Shown: in pieces, positions 23,650-36,215 of the stretch | Numbering within the stretch: position 1 is the first letter of the stretch | Layout: each line of letters opens with the position of its first letter | Assembly: GCF_011386835.1 (NCBI RefSeq) | Contig: NC_088798.1 | Location: 25,358,001-25,422,000 of the forward strand | Source of the DNA: Chrysemys picta bellii | Taxonomy: Eukaryota | Length of the DNA stretch: 64,000 nucleotides | Reading direction: 5' to 3' | The notes under the pieces: generated by a model | Told to the model about the DNA's origin: nothing | Databases searched by the model: none | What the model saw: the letters and a program-made list of their open reading frames with translations, nothing else | Made by a program: the position numbers and the translations under genes

Positions 23650-24104
23650 TTTTGATGTAACTATTTCAGTAGAAAATTCTCTCTTGTTCCATCCCTCTTT
23701 TCTGTGCATTCATTTAAATGGGACCACTTGCAGAGTAAGGTAGTACTGAATGTGAGTAAGGGGGGCTGAAGTGAGGCTAGAATGACTCCACTTCTTAAAG
23801 TGGAATCTCATTTCCCAATAAAAAAGGTCTTTCTATATTTTAAAACTATTTTTATAACAATACATACATTTATTTTAATTTTGTTTCAAAACTATTTTTT
23901 ATCTACAGAATGGCTTTGGTGGTTAATAGTGCAAGGAGGAAATATCAGTGTTAGATAAAAATGTCAAAAGTGAAAGTGAAGACATAACATTCGCTGGGCC
24001 AGATTCTCACCTGGTGCAAATTGATATAGCTCCGTTGATTTCAATGGGACTATCTGTCTTGACTATTTGTATAGTCCCTATCTCCATAGTAATCAAGCAC
24101 CACA

Positions 24105-24300
24105 CAATCTTTATTTATCCTCACAATTACCCTGTGAGGTAGGAATATACTACTATACCATTTTACAGATGGGGAACTAAAGCAGAGAGAGTCTAATTGC
24201 CTCACCCTAGGTCAGACAGGAAATCTATAGCACAGCAGGGAATTGAAGCTGTTTTTTTAAAGTTCCAGGCAAATAACCTAACCACTGAACCATCCTTCCA
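24105..24300 (-). mobile_element. MIR/CORE-SINE fragment
   Basis: CCTCACAATTACCCTGTGAGGTAGG...CCATTTTACAGATGGGGAACTAAAGCAGAGAGAG, the CORE domain on the minus strand. Confidence 0.65.
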
Positions 24301-25646
24301 CCCTGTAGGCCTGTTCGCCATACCAATTTACAGCAGCTGAGCCTCTATCCTTCTTATTTGCACTTCTTCAAAGTAAAGGTGTACTGAGATTGAATTCCAT
24401 ACATCCTAAATACATTAACAAGAATAAAATGCAAATATTTAATACTTCTCTATATCTTTATTATAGGGGCATTTCAACCAGAGTTGGATCCCAGCACAGA
24501 GGTATTTGAATCTACTTAGGAAAATAGATTCCAGAAAACTCTAAAAAGCTTCTTTGAATTGGGAAAGTCTTTCTTTTTGTGTGATTTTAACACCCCAAAA
24601 TCATTTCCCAGCTCATTCCCTAGGCCAAATCCTGCTTGTCTTATTCACACTAGTATCTCCATTGAAACCAATCGCGTAGGAGGAGCAGTCGTTGACCAAA
24701 ATAAAAGTTTTACTCATTTCCCCACTTTTTTTTTCTTTCTTGAAAAACAAGTTGTTGTTTTTTTTAAAAAAAGTGTGCAATGCCCTTTATTTCCTGAGTG
24801 CTTGCCTCCTATATGCAACATTCTGACCTGGGTGGCTACTTTAGTCACTTGAAAGAAAAGAGTTCTTAAAAAAGGACAAACTATTGATCTCCTGGGTTCT
24901 GAGACTCTTGTTGGATCAAGAGTATCACTTCACAAGTTAAAAGTGCACGAGTGAGTCTCTTGTTAAGATTCATGGAACAGAAGTTACTAGTAGATACAGC
25001 TAATTGTTCATGTATTAATATGTTGGTTTTGTTTGGACATTATTTAAGCATTGACCTTAAAATATGTTAGACAAATTAAGGCCTAAAGAAGTACTTTAAA
25101 AATAATGTTGTCCCCAGACCAAGAACAGGTATTAAAAATGGAATACTTTAAATAACTATACTTTAAGCTTTTAATGGACAGGCGATTTCTTACTCATGAA
25201 GCTAAACTCCTTATCTTTGATAAAGGTGCAACTATATGCAAATTACAATGTTGCTGTATTTTGTATAGCACAATTTCAAACAATCTCTAAAAACTTCTTT
25301 ACAGAGTTAAATAATATGGTTAGAGAGATCACTGTAACAGAGGGGTAGGGTCTTAGGAAGTATAGGTAAGGGAGAAAAGATCTGTTATCAAACGAGATTT
25401 AAAAATAGATGGAGAGATGGTGAGGATGAGCAATATGGAAAGGTTGTTGTGAATTACTCTTAGGCCAAGAGTGGTGCTATTGTGCTAAAGAAGAGAGGAG
25501 ACTGGTGCTAGACAAATGGATGGAGCAGTGAGCCCAGAAGATGGAGATGTCGCTGATGTTGGGATATTTGTGAATATTGTTCTCTTACAGGCCATATAGT
25601 CCAATTACCAACTATAATATAGTTATCCATACTATAGTATTTAACC

Positions 25647-25865
25647 CAGGGGTTCTCAAACTGGCAGTCGGGACCTCTCAGGGGGTCACGAGGTTATTAC
25701 ACGGGGGGGTCATTAGCTGTCAGCCTCCACCCCAAACCCCGCTTTGCCTCCAGTATTTATAATGGTGTTAAATATATAAACAAGTGTTTTTACTTGATAA
25801 GGCAGGTCGCACTCAGAGGCTTGCTATGTGAAATGGGTCACAAGTCAATAGTTTGAGAGCCACTG
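25647..25865. mobile_element. hAT (Charlie-like) MITE
   Basis: TIRs CAGGGGTTCTCAAAC and GTTTGAGAGCCACTG; TSD ATTTAACC / ATTTAAAC. Confidence 0.85.
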
Positions 25866-26334
25866 ATTTAAACAGAGATTATACAACATTAGGTAGAATA
25901 GACACAGAAGAATTCTCCTGTCTTCATTAAACCCATATGCCAATGCCAAAAAAGACATGTAGAAATCCTTAGCAAAAGGGACAGTTCACTGGCCCAAGGT
26001 TCTGAATGATTGTCATAATAAAACTTAGCACAGATACATATTTACTGTACCTGTGGCTCCAGACTTCTTTACGCTCCAAACAAAAGGTATCTGTCTTTCA
26101 CATTAGGTGCGCTGGTTGGTTGTAGATATAAGTATTACAGACCATATCATCCACATCTATGCTCTGCAGACTTAGTTCACTTTATAAGCAAATGTTGCAA
26201 ATATACAGGATGTAAGACTCCATAAAATCCATATGAAAATGTATTTATCTTACAAAAATTGCCTGGTGTGGCACAAATGTTGGAGGGGTCACAGGACAGA
26301 GTTGATGATCATGACAGTCCCTTCTGACCTTCAA

Positions 26335-26595
26335 GTCTGTGTCTACACTACCGCCAGATCGACATGCCGCGATCAATGCACTGAGGATTGATTTAGCAAA
26401 TCTAGTGAAGACCCGCCAAATCAACCGCAGATCGCCAAATCAACCGCAGATCGCTCTCTGGTTGACCCTGGTACTTCACCCCGAACAAGAAGAGTAAGGT
26501 AAGTCAACCTACGCTATGTCGACTCCAGCTACGTTATTCACGTAGGTGGTGTAGCGTAACTTAGGTCGACTTACTGCGGTAGTGTAGACAGAGCC
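26335..26595. mobile_element. PIF/Harbinger-type MITE inserted at a CR1 3'-end remnant
   Basis: Termini CTGTGTCTACACTAC and GTAGTGTAGACAGAGCC. Preceded by the CR1-like tail GATGATCATGACAGTCCCTTCTGACCTT. Confidence 0.8.
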
Positions 26596-26787
26596 GAGTC
26601 TATCAGAATTATAATAGTGTGTTAATACTATAATACTATAATTATTCTTAAACAATACAATACTATCAACATGTTTACCATGTTTTATTGAAGTTATATG
26701 TCCTCTATAGGGTGCCAGGTGTAGCCCAATACATCTCTGATGTGATAGCAGTTCTGATTCTCATTTGGAAGAATCTTTGGCATGTTA

Positions 26788-27042
26788 GGGTACGTCTATA
26801 CTTACCTCCGGGTCCGGCGGTAAGCAATCGATCTTCTGGGTTCGATTTATCGCGTCTTGTCTAGACGCGATAAATCAATCCCGGATCGATCCCGGAAGTG
26901 CTTGCCGTCGACGCCGGTACTCCTGCTCCGCGATAGGCGTACGCGGATTCAATGGGGGAGCCTGCCTGCTGCATCTGGACCCGCGGTAAATTCGAACTAA
27001 GGTACTTCGACTTCAGCTACGTTATTCACGGGGGATTAGTGT
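26788..27042. mobile_element. PIF/Harbinger-type MITE, CpG-rich, right end missing
   Basis: Left end GGGTACGTCTATACT after TTA. Shares CAGCTACGTTATTCACG with the 26335 element. No intact right TIR. Confidence 0.75.
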
Positions 27043-27139
27043 GTTGGTAGCTGATTCAGCATACTGCTGGAGCAGGGACCAGATGGAATGAGCACATAAT
27101 TCCAGTTCAGGTTCAGTTATGCTCGTAGCTAGTGGGATT

Positions 27140-27420
27140 CTGTCTTGGCTTCAAGGTGCACCATTTAATCCATAAACTTCAACTGTAGTCATCAGAACCT
27201 GGCCTACTTGTCTACATCTGCCCTGCTAGATATCTGTAGCTTCAGCCATTTAGCATCTTCTGCATGGAACTCATTGCCTGAATACGTCAAGGATGTCGTC
27301 ACATTTTAAATCAAATCAAAGTCACGTATTCTCCCCTAACTTTAATCATTTATTTGGCATTGCAGTATAGGTTATTAAATTATAATACTTCATTTGTAAA
27401 GTGCTTTGAGATAGCCTGGC
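27140..27420 (+). mobile_element. Old L2-like LINE 3' fragment
   Basis: GCATGGAACTCATTGCCTG and GTAAAGTGCTTTGAGATAGCC...ACAAGGCCCTCCATAT resemble L2 3' ends; highly diverged. Confidence 0.35.
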
Positions 27421-28384
27421 ATGACAAGGCCCTCCATATGCTGAAGTTTATTGTTAAATGGACAAGGCCAAGAACATCAATATATGTTACTGACAGGAAT
27501 TTACAAGGTCATTATTTTGTTTCATCTTGGCTGTCAAAGTAGCCACAAGTTGCCATCCATAATACTGTCCTTGATTTTAGTCACATAAAACATTGTACAT
27601 CATGAAAGCAAATGATATTGCATTTCTAGATATATAAAGGCACTTGTCTCTCAACAGTTGCTTCTGACACTGTTAAATCTAAACATGTTGGGCAAACTCA
27701 GTGGCCTGGTGGATAACACTCTGTGAGGCTATGTAAGGAAACACATTTAGATGCAACCTCATGCTTTGCTCCTTGAGTTGTTCAGGACCAGAAGTATCAT
27801 GAAGTTCTCCTAACTCCTAACTGCTGGGATTGGGGTAGGAGGGTGAAGTATGAAAAGTATGATAGTATGGGTTAATGGTAGAATCTGTTTCACAGCATAG
27901 CCTTGCTGGTTTGCAGTGATTGCTGGAGAACATAGATTAATAAGAGGTAGCTGAAGATGCTAGACATTTTTTCTCATCTCATACAAATGTCATTTTAGAT
28001 ATACAGGCTAGTCTGCATGCAAACCTCAGAATATGATTTCATCCGTGCCCTTGTAGGTTGCTAAAGGTCTCCTCTAGTTTGAGGTGTTCAACTGCTGTTC
28101 CCCAGGCACAGATCTTGTTCTAACAGCAATTCTGGAGGAGTGAAACAATCAGGGTTTCTACATTGTAAGAGTATCTGTGGCATTACTGTCCAGATTTAAG
28201 GTTAAATGCAAGTGGAATTGTGTGAAATGATCATTAATTAGAGGAAACATTTTACTGTATATTCATAGGAATTGTACCTAATGTGTGATTGTCACATTAA
28301 TAAAGGGCTTATGCCATGAAATGATGCAAAATGAATCTGCTAGTAATAAAAGCTAATCACAATGAGCTAGTCATAGTTCAGAGG

Positions 28385-28540
28385 GGGCAAGATCTCCAAA
28401 GATATTTAGGCACTAAAAATGCAGCTAGGCATCTAATGGATTTTTCAAAAGCACCTATGTGTCTAACTCCCATGGGAGCGTTGAAAATCCCAGTAGGTGC
28501 CTATCTGCACCTTTAAGTGCCTAACTACCTTCGGAAATCT
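28385..28540. mobile_element. Palindromic TAGGCACCTAA-type MITE
   Basis: GGGCAAGATCTCCAAAGATATTTAGGCAC...GTGCCTAACTACCTTCGGAAATCT; same family as 10935-11160. Confidence 0.6.
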
Positions 28541-29537
28541 CTCATAGTGTATATTAAACTGAGTACTGGACAGCCACTTGACTGTATAGACATCTTTACA
28601 ACTGGAAAATCTGTGTTTGTTCAAGCAGGGGAGTATCTCTCCCTCCCTCCAAAAACTGAGATTTCTCCAGGGTTTTAGGGTATGTCTGTACTTGGAGCTG
28701 GAGGTATAATTCTCCTCAAACTGGAAATTACACCCTAAATGAGGAGACCCCATAGAGGGGAAAAAACAGTAGTGCTGAATATCAGAGTGGGTATATTTGT
28801 TTAGCCCAGAATGGCAACTGCAAAAGTGTCAGATGCAGACTGAAAAGCCAGAGTCCGGGAATGAACAGAAGTCTGACTAGAAGAAAAGGATGTGTAAGTG
28901 ACAAATGGCAGTCACTCCATGTGACTGAAGACAGATCCATGTCAGCTGCAGTCAGTGATCCAAGAGGGTTCCCTGACAATGCAATTTGAAATAGCAGACA
29001 GATCAGTGAGCATCAAAGAACATATGTTACCCCTCAGCCAGCCCAAAGCAAGAGATGACTGCAAATCTTCAGTGTTTTATATCCCCAATCCCATCTGAAG
29101 CCAAACTTGGATTTTTAGGCATTAGACCTGTGTGAACTGTTCAACTTGTTGCCAATATGCTTGAAATCAGCCTTATCTTGAGTTTGAGTTTGAACTGTGC
29201 TTGTGAGCTAGCAGTGGGTTTATGTACTTTTTATCTGGATAGCTGCATACTTGATCAAATTTATGGTATGTTTCAGATTCATCCACCAACAAATCCCTGC
29301 TTTACTGCCTAGATTCCTAATGATGCACGAAGGAAAGTTTAGATATTTGTAAGGTAATGGAACCCAGAAACAGGCAATCAAAACTCAGGTGGACAATATG
29401 GGCTGGTCAGGAAGACCTTTGCTGTGATTACTCGTCCCATGGATAACTAAATAATAGTAACATTTTGCACATTTCTATCATATGTCTCTGAGAATTTGAC
29501 AACATTACTTAATTTAACCTCACAACACTCTTGTAAG

Positions 29538-29790
29538 AGGTGGCGGCTCCAAGAACCAGCGCTCTACGCGTGTGGTGGCCTGCGGGTGGTGGCCTGCGGT
29601 CCCTGTGAGGGCGGCCGTCAGGCTGCCTTCGGTGGCATGCCTGCGGGAGGTCTGCCGGTCCCGCAGATTCGGCGGCAATTCGGCAGTGGGTACGCCGAAG
29701 CCGTGGGACCGGCGGACCTCCCTCAGGCATGCCGCCGAAGGGAGCCTGCCTGCCATGCTTGGGGCGGCAAAAAAGCTAGAGTCGTCGCTG
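29538..29790. mobile_element. GC-rich hAT MITE
   Basis: Exact 8-bp TSD CTTGTAAG (29530-29537 and 29791-29798); termini GTGGCGGCTCCA and TAGAGTCGTCGCTG. Confidence 0.85.
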
Positions 29791-29996
29791 CTTGTAAGAT
29801 AGGAACTGTAGGCCCATTTGAAGAATTACCAGTAATGGTGCTGAGGAAAAATATATTTAAACGGGGAGATACTGGCTTTTTTAGTTTGTCCAGAAACTTT
29901 AAGGGACAATCTCACTGGGGGGTAGTTGTAAACCAAATATACAACAAAAAATTGATATCTTTGTGTTGTATGTGGTGGCAGCAATAGATACCTAAC

Positions 29997-30120
29997 TAGG
30001 GTGACCAGATGTCCCTTTTTTATAGGGACAGTCCCGTTTTTGGGGACTTTTTCCTATATAGGCGCCTATTACTCCTCCACCCCCATCCCTTTTTTTCACA
30101 GTTGCTATCTGGTCATCCTG
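29997..30120. mobile_element. Short hAT MITE (TAGGGTGACCAGA family)
   Basis: TIRs TAGGGTGACCAGAT and ATCTGGTCATCCTG; exact TSD TACCTAAC. Confidence 0.9.
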
Positions 30121-32374
30121 TACCTAACTAAACCAAATGTTAAAAAAGTAATAATATATTGCTTAAAGGAACCGTCTTGAATATTAAATAACATGAGTGA
30201 AATTTCGGCCAAGATTTCCAAAAGTGATGAGTCTAGGGGCCTCACGTTCTGGACATCCAATTTGAGACACCTGATTTTCAGAGCAGGAGCTCTGCGCTTT
30301 CAGGAAATCAAGCCCATTTAATATGTTTCAAGCTTGATATCCAATAACTGAGGCATCCAAAGTCGCTAGTCACTTTTAAAAATCTTGAACTGCATCTGTT
30401 TATATCTCATTCTAAATCTTGTTTAGCAAATAGATGTGTAATTTCACCATCAGTAATGACAAGATTTATCAGTAAAGGGTCAAATCAATAGAAGCCTCAG
30501 AAGGTGAAATGTGAAGATGGAACTGATCCTTATTGGATGATTTGGATTGCCTCTTCTCTATCTATGTATGTATATGGCCCCTTCCATGAGAATATCTGAG
30601 CTTCTAGTTCAACATCTGTTCTACTTCTTTTTCCATTTTTGCATCACACGTTCTCTACTTGCATTAGATCTACTTATGGCCAGTATCATGCCTTTTACTG
30701 CTTTCTAAATAGTATTGCTTTTGTCCCTTTTCCTTCCATACGTCATCGACTTTGGTCTGCTACCCACATAACCTTCTGCCTCCTAATCACAGGAAAACAA
30801 AGTGTGTATTTTTTCATTACATTCACCGGGTGAAGTCTCACCCTCCCACCAGTGAACTTAATGGGAGTTTCTCCATTGATTACAATTCATCCTCTGTCAA
30901 AGGAATGGCAGGGAGCCAATGATGCCAGCTAAAGCCCAGGAGTTTGGATGGGCATGCTTGCCAAAAGTTCACATCACTGCAGACCATTCAACACAATGGT
31001 CTGCTTATGTGATAAGTGCACATCTCCCATAGATATTAATGGGAGCCACTTGTGTGTGCATCCAAGGACAGAATTTGGTCCATAAAACATAAGAGTAGTA
31101 TAATAATATAATATTAAACGCTTGACAAGTTTTTCCCATCAGATTTCCTGTGACACCAAAGATTATTTTAAGGAATAGGAAAAAGTCTAATTCGAGAGGA
31201 AAAAGGTAACATGACTGCATCTCTGGGCACTAAATTCTTCTTGTCTGCTGCCTCGAAGCCTTCACAGCAAGAAGCTTTTAAAAAATAAACAGTCATCAGT
31301 TTCTCTGTCATGAATTGACACTTTCAGTCCAAAAGAACATTGAACACACATTTTAATGTCTTGCAGGCTGATTTGGGAACTCAATCTTCTTTTACAGGGG
31401 AGTGTTCATTTAGAGTAGACACTGCTAACTTCTCCAGCCTGCTGCTTCCCTGTGCCACAACTTCCAAAATTTCCTATTTGCAACATATCACTTGGTGTGA
31501 TATAAACTGTTGTTTCTCATAAAACATTATTTTTCCTCTCTGCCCCACTTGTTTCCAACCAGTTTGTTTGCCATCACAATGGCCTGACATGTGGATCCTT
31601 CTGAAGAAGCAATACCCTGGAGTGGTTGCTATCCACCCCCCACCTGACCCTTTCCTTTTCTTCCATCCTGTCCTTTTCTATTTCTTTTCTTTTCTTTAAT
31701 TTGTCGCCTCATGCTGTGTGTGTGTGTGTATTTTTCCTTTCTGTTTATCTAGGTTTTTTTTTGCTTCACCTCTACTTTGGTAGCTCTTCCACTATTTCTA
31801 CCTGTTTTCTGGTCGCTTTCCCCATTTCTCTTTCCTCCTTTCCTGAGGCTCCTTGCTCTGTTAGTGACTCCCGATCTCCTCCCTTCACCTTGAATTCTCT
31901 CTTTTTGGTTTGGCATGGCTGTGACTCTCTGCTCCCTGCCAGGCTGTGTCCTTGCCATCACGGGACCTCTTTGCCTGTCCCAGACATCAATGCCACAGTG
32001 TTTTGCCCCTCTCTTGTAGTCCTCTCTTGTTACCAGGTAGGCAGCAGGCAGTACTTCAGGGAGAAGCATCCTACAGCACATCCTGAGGGAAAGGAGTGAG
32101 AGAGAGGGTAAGAGCACACACAGCCTGATGTTGCCTCTAACACCTTAGACATCTTCCCATGGAAAAAGCTTGGTGCTTCTGCCCTCTCAGAGCTTGAAGA
32201 TCCTGCATTAAATATAGCAAGATCTTGTTTCCTCTACAATTTCCTCTACATTTTGTCTCTGTTCAGATTCTTATATGCGTTGAGAGAACACTAATTCCCT
32301 TTAATTCACCTAACGGCAGTGTGTATATGATTGGTATACTCAGCAGTCAATGGATCATACTGTGATACAACAAG

Positions 32375-32600
32375 AAGTAATGGCCTAAAATTAAGAGGAG
32401 AAATTTAGGATAACTAATACAGACCACCATATCACAGAGGGAGTGATAAAGATGGAAAACCTGCTAGTGGAGGTGTTGCAATCACTATCAATATTATTCA
32501 AGATATTCAAGGCAAGATTATACAGGGAGCTAATAGAGATGTTGTAAAAATCTATGTATTCTATCCTGCAGTGATAAAGGGGGATAGATTAAGTGATCAC
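32375..32600 (+). mobile_element. Old CR1 LINE 3' fragment
   Basis: AGTAATGGCCTAAAATTAAGAGGAGAAATTTAGGATA...GGAAAACCTGCTAGTGGAGGTGTTGCAATCACTATCA...TTCAAGGCAAGATT, typical of a CR1 ORF2 end. Confidence 0.55.
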
Positions 32601-33814
32601 AGAAGTTGTTTTCTGCTCTCACATATATAAATCTATTTACACAAGGGGAAAAAAATATACATCAGGCCAAGGAATACACAGTTTTGCCTTGCTGCAGTTA
32701 AGTGGTGATTACTCTGCACCAATTATTTTCTCTGCTTCCATACCTACACTTTAGACACTCACATAATTCCTCTTTCTCATCTTCTTACCTATCAATAACA
32801 ATTCCAGGATATGCATCAAAGGAAAAATGGCTCATTACTCTCCAAGATTAAAATGGATTCCAGTACATTATTTCTCAGTTTTATCCATCACTCTGTTTTA
32901 TATCTTCCTTGGTATGTGCTGATAACTAATAGAGCTGCTGTGGCTGTCAACACAATGGGACTACTCCTGTGTTTCAGATTAAGCAGGTGCTTCAATGCTT
33001 TGCTGAATAAGGGCAATAGTCTTGCTATTTGTATGACAAGCAAACAGTTAATTCGTCCATAGTACATAGCAAATCCATTCTTAATCATGGGTCTAATATC
33101 AGATCTAGTTGTAGTGCTAACCCGAACATTAGTGGTAACAGTAAACCTAACTCCCACTGAAAAGATTAATCATCTATATGGATGCTGGAGTAATCATGCA
33201 TTATCAGCCTTTACTAGCACAGCTGTGGGAAACCAGACCAATTCATGTAGGGGCTTTGTGGTAATCTGTATACCCACACTGGCCACAAAATGGATACACT
33301 CTATTCAATTCAGCGAGGAATCAAACCCGCTCCTGCCCTCTAGGTCAGATGACAAAAGCACATTCACACCACCCCATCAGCAATCCCCTCTTTGGTTCAT
33401 ACTGAACTGCCTACTCAGCTGAAATGACAGTGTGATGTTCACTGCTCAGTTCCTGACTGTCACATGTGAAGGATATAAATTGCTTTGCACTGGCTGAGAG
33501 CCCCTGCATTTACTTCAGATACATTCCCTATTTCCCATAACGGTATTGAATCTCCCTCAGCAGTTTGGAACAGTATTCTTTGCATCATCTATTTACTGAT
33601 CACTGGGATCAGAGTGGAGAATAGGGCCCAGATTAGCTAGAAGCAGTAAGAGGGGGATTGGGATGAAAGGCTGCAGGGAGAGAAGATGAGAACGGATGAA
33701 TGAGTGACTGAACAAAGTTTAAATTATATTATCCACAAGAAATTCACTGATGGACAAACTGGGAAATACTTTGCTTCTGTTGACTGAAGCAGAATGCATT
33801 TTGGAGTATATTTA

Positions 33815-34126
33815 CATATGGAGCTGGGGGTATGATTCCCAGCTTGCATGGGAATACTTGTGCTAGCTCTTATCCAACTAGCACACTAAAATAGTAGTGT
33901 AGCCGCGGTAGCGTGGGAAGTGGCAGCGTGGGCTAGCCATGCTGAGTACAAACTCTCCTGAACTCTCTGGGTACATACTTGGCATGGCTAGCCAGTGCCA
34001 CCACGCACCATTGCCTGTGCTGCCCCAGCTACACCACTATTTTTAGCATGCTATCTTGATGAGAGTCAGTGCCAGTATGTGTATGCAAGATGGGAATTAC
34101 ACTAACTCCAAGTGTAGATGTAGCCG
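33815..34126. mobile_element. Older PIF/Harbinger-derived palindromic element
   Basis: Internal inverted segments (CTAAAATAGTAGTGTAGC and GCTACACCACTATTTTTAG) and right end AGTGTAGATGTAGCC. Confidence 0.6.
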
Positions 34127-35077
34127 AATTAGCAGCAAATCACTCCTTTAATTTATTTTCATTGCTGTTTATAGTCTTTACTTTGAGAGCTGTTTGTAGA
34201 CTTTTGAGGTTTGTTATATTTTCTGTTTTGTAATGACAATTGTGACTCAGATTTTTATGAAAAATTAATGAAACCTAAGTAATCACCAATTTTCTTTCTT
34301 TCTTCATCACTCCTTCCCTCCCTCACAAGAAGTGAGCAGAGAAGAGATTAGATAGTTTTAATACAACTTTTAACATTGTTCCATAGGGACCCGATCAAAA
34401 GCCCATTGAAGTCAAAGGGAGTCTTTTTGCTGATTTGAGTAGATTTTTGGATCAACCCCTAGTTTAGCATGTGGTACAAATTAAAGAGTACTGAAGTTGA
34501 TTCATTCACCTCCCTGACATGCCTCGCATCTACCAGTTCAGGAAGTCTAAGTAATAAGTTCATTGGTTGGCCTTGGTTGCCAACAGAATAGCAAAATAGG
34601 CAAAAATGCTAGTTTAGCTTGTGCCCAGCTACTATATGGATGTATGAGAGGTCTGGGGCAAGAGGCTCCCTCATTATGTCCCTGGGCTGCTTCGTCTTGG
34701 AGCACGGGAAATGCTCCCTTTGAACATGCTGAGATGTAAGAAACCCCAAAAGGGGCAGTGAGGAGGCAGAGCCATCCTCACTATGCCAGTCTCCAGACCT
34801 GGCTTGGAGCAGCAAGGTGGGTATATTGCTTTCTTCGTGGGTGCCGTGCTCCTGGAAAAATTGCGTCTCCCTTAGGTAGAATTCCTACCAGAGCTTTGTA
34901 TGTGGTGGGAGGTTTCGCTTGTCCCCAACATGAGCTAGCGCCTGCAGTCATGACTGAACCCCCTACAAGTAAGTATGAGATTAGCAGAAGTATCACAGCT
35001 ATGTGCTCAGAATTTTGAATATTTGTGAAAATAAAACTAAACTACTTTAATCAACTCAAAGGATAGGTAAGTCTATC

Positions 35078-35248
35078 TCATAGAACTAGACGGGACCCCA
35101 AAAGGTCATTGAGTCCAGCCCCCTGCCTTCACTAGCCAGGACCAAGTACTGATTTTGCCCCAGATCCCTAAGTGGCCCCTTCAAGGATTGAACTCACAAC
35201 CCTGGGTTTAGTAGACCACTGCTCAAACCACTGAGCGCTCTCTCCCCC
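35078..35248 (-). mobile_element. Turtle tRNA-derived SINE with CR1 tail
   Basis: Reverse complement of the 8576 family (TCATAGAA...GGATTGAACTCACAACCCTGGG...CTCAAACCACTGAGC). Confidence 0.9.
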
Positions 35249-36061
35249 TGTACATTTGGGTATGTATGGAATGTAGCACGGGACCCATAATATCTTAGGT
35301 TTTTGCATCATGTCAGAACTTCAGAAGTATGTAGTAATCACCCATATATCTATTATGTCTTGGATTTAGAAGCTCATAGCCCTTCATAAAACTGCAGCTC
35401 AGTTACAGACCTAGTAGTAATAAAGAATACTCACATTTAATACTAAAGTATGGTTTTGGAGTGGGATTAGAGCTCAAGATTTCCTCGCTGTCCGTCTGGT
35501 CCCCAGACCACTGGACTATGGGCCTGTCTTATCAGTCACCTTTTCATCTGAGGTTCTCAGATTGTCTATGTTAAAATATATATTTATTGAGGAAATAGGA
35601 CCAAATTCATGCCCAGTGTAACTCCATTGAAGTTAATAAAGTTATATCGGGAGATGAATTTGTCCCATATGATCTACTTTGTGGATCTCAGAGATTCCAC
35701 AGTGAAGTAATGGTAGTTGATCCCAGATTCAGTGAACAAGGCATATGTTTTTAATCATTTCCCTCCTCCCCACACTTTTGTCATCTTTAAGGGGTGATAT
35801 TAAGCCCTTTCTTCTCCAGATGAAGGGCCTTGGGTGCCCTAGCATGCTCCCAGCGTCATTGTATTGATCAAGATCTTATTCCTAATCATGGGATCAATCT
35901 CAGCTCAGCTCACCAGAATTGGAGAGGGGTTTGAACTGGCTGCTTGTCTACTCCCACATGACAGTATGTAAGTGCTAGTCTTTGTTTGGTAAATGTATTT
36001 AACCTGAGCTAACTGTGTGTGTAATATCCCAAAACGGGGGGGGGGCGGGGGGGTGGGACAA

Positions 36062-36215
36062 CTTTTCAAAGGCATTTGGGCACCTGGATTAGGACTGCAG
36101 CTTTCATTAATTTCAATGAAATGTAGGCCCCTTTGCCTGCTTAGGCACTTTTGAAAATCACACTAGGTGTGTATATGCATTTTTAGGTGCCTAAATATCT
36201 TTGCAAATCTGGCCC
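36062..36215. mobile_element. Palindromic TAGGCACCTAA-type MITE
   Basis: TTTTCAAAGGCATTTGGGCACCT...AGGTGCCTAAATATCTTTGCAAATCTGGCCC. Confidence 0.6.

Noticed and set aside
29496-29987. 163-aa ORF
   Set aside because: It reads through a GC-rich hAT MITE into unrelated flank.
31626-32117. 157-aa plus and 122-aa minus ORFs
   Set aside because: Pyrimidine-rich low-complexity tract with a (TG)n run; biased composition and no recognisable domain or splice structure.
32811-33422. Three overlapping ORFs in non-repeat sequence
   Set aside because: No recognisable protein, splice signals or consistent frame.
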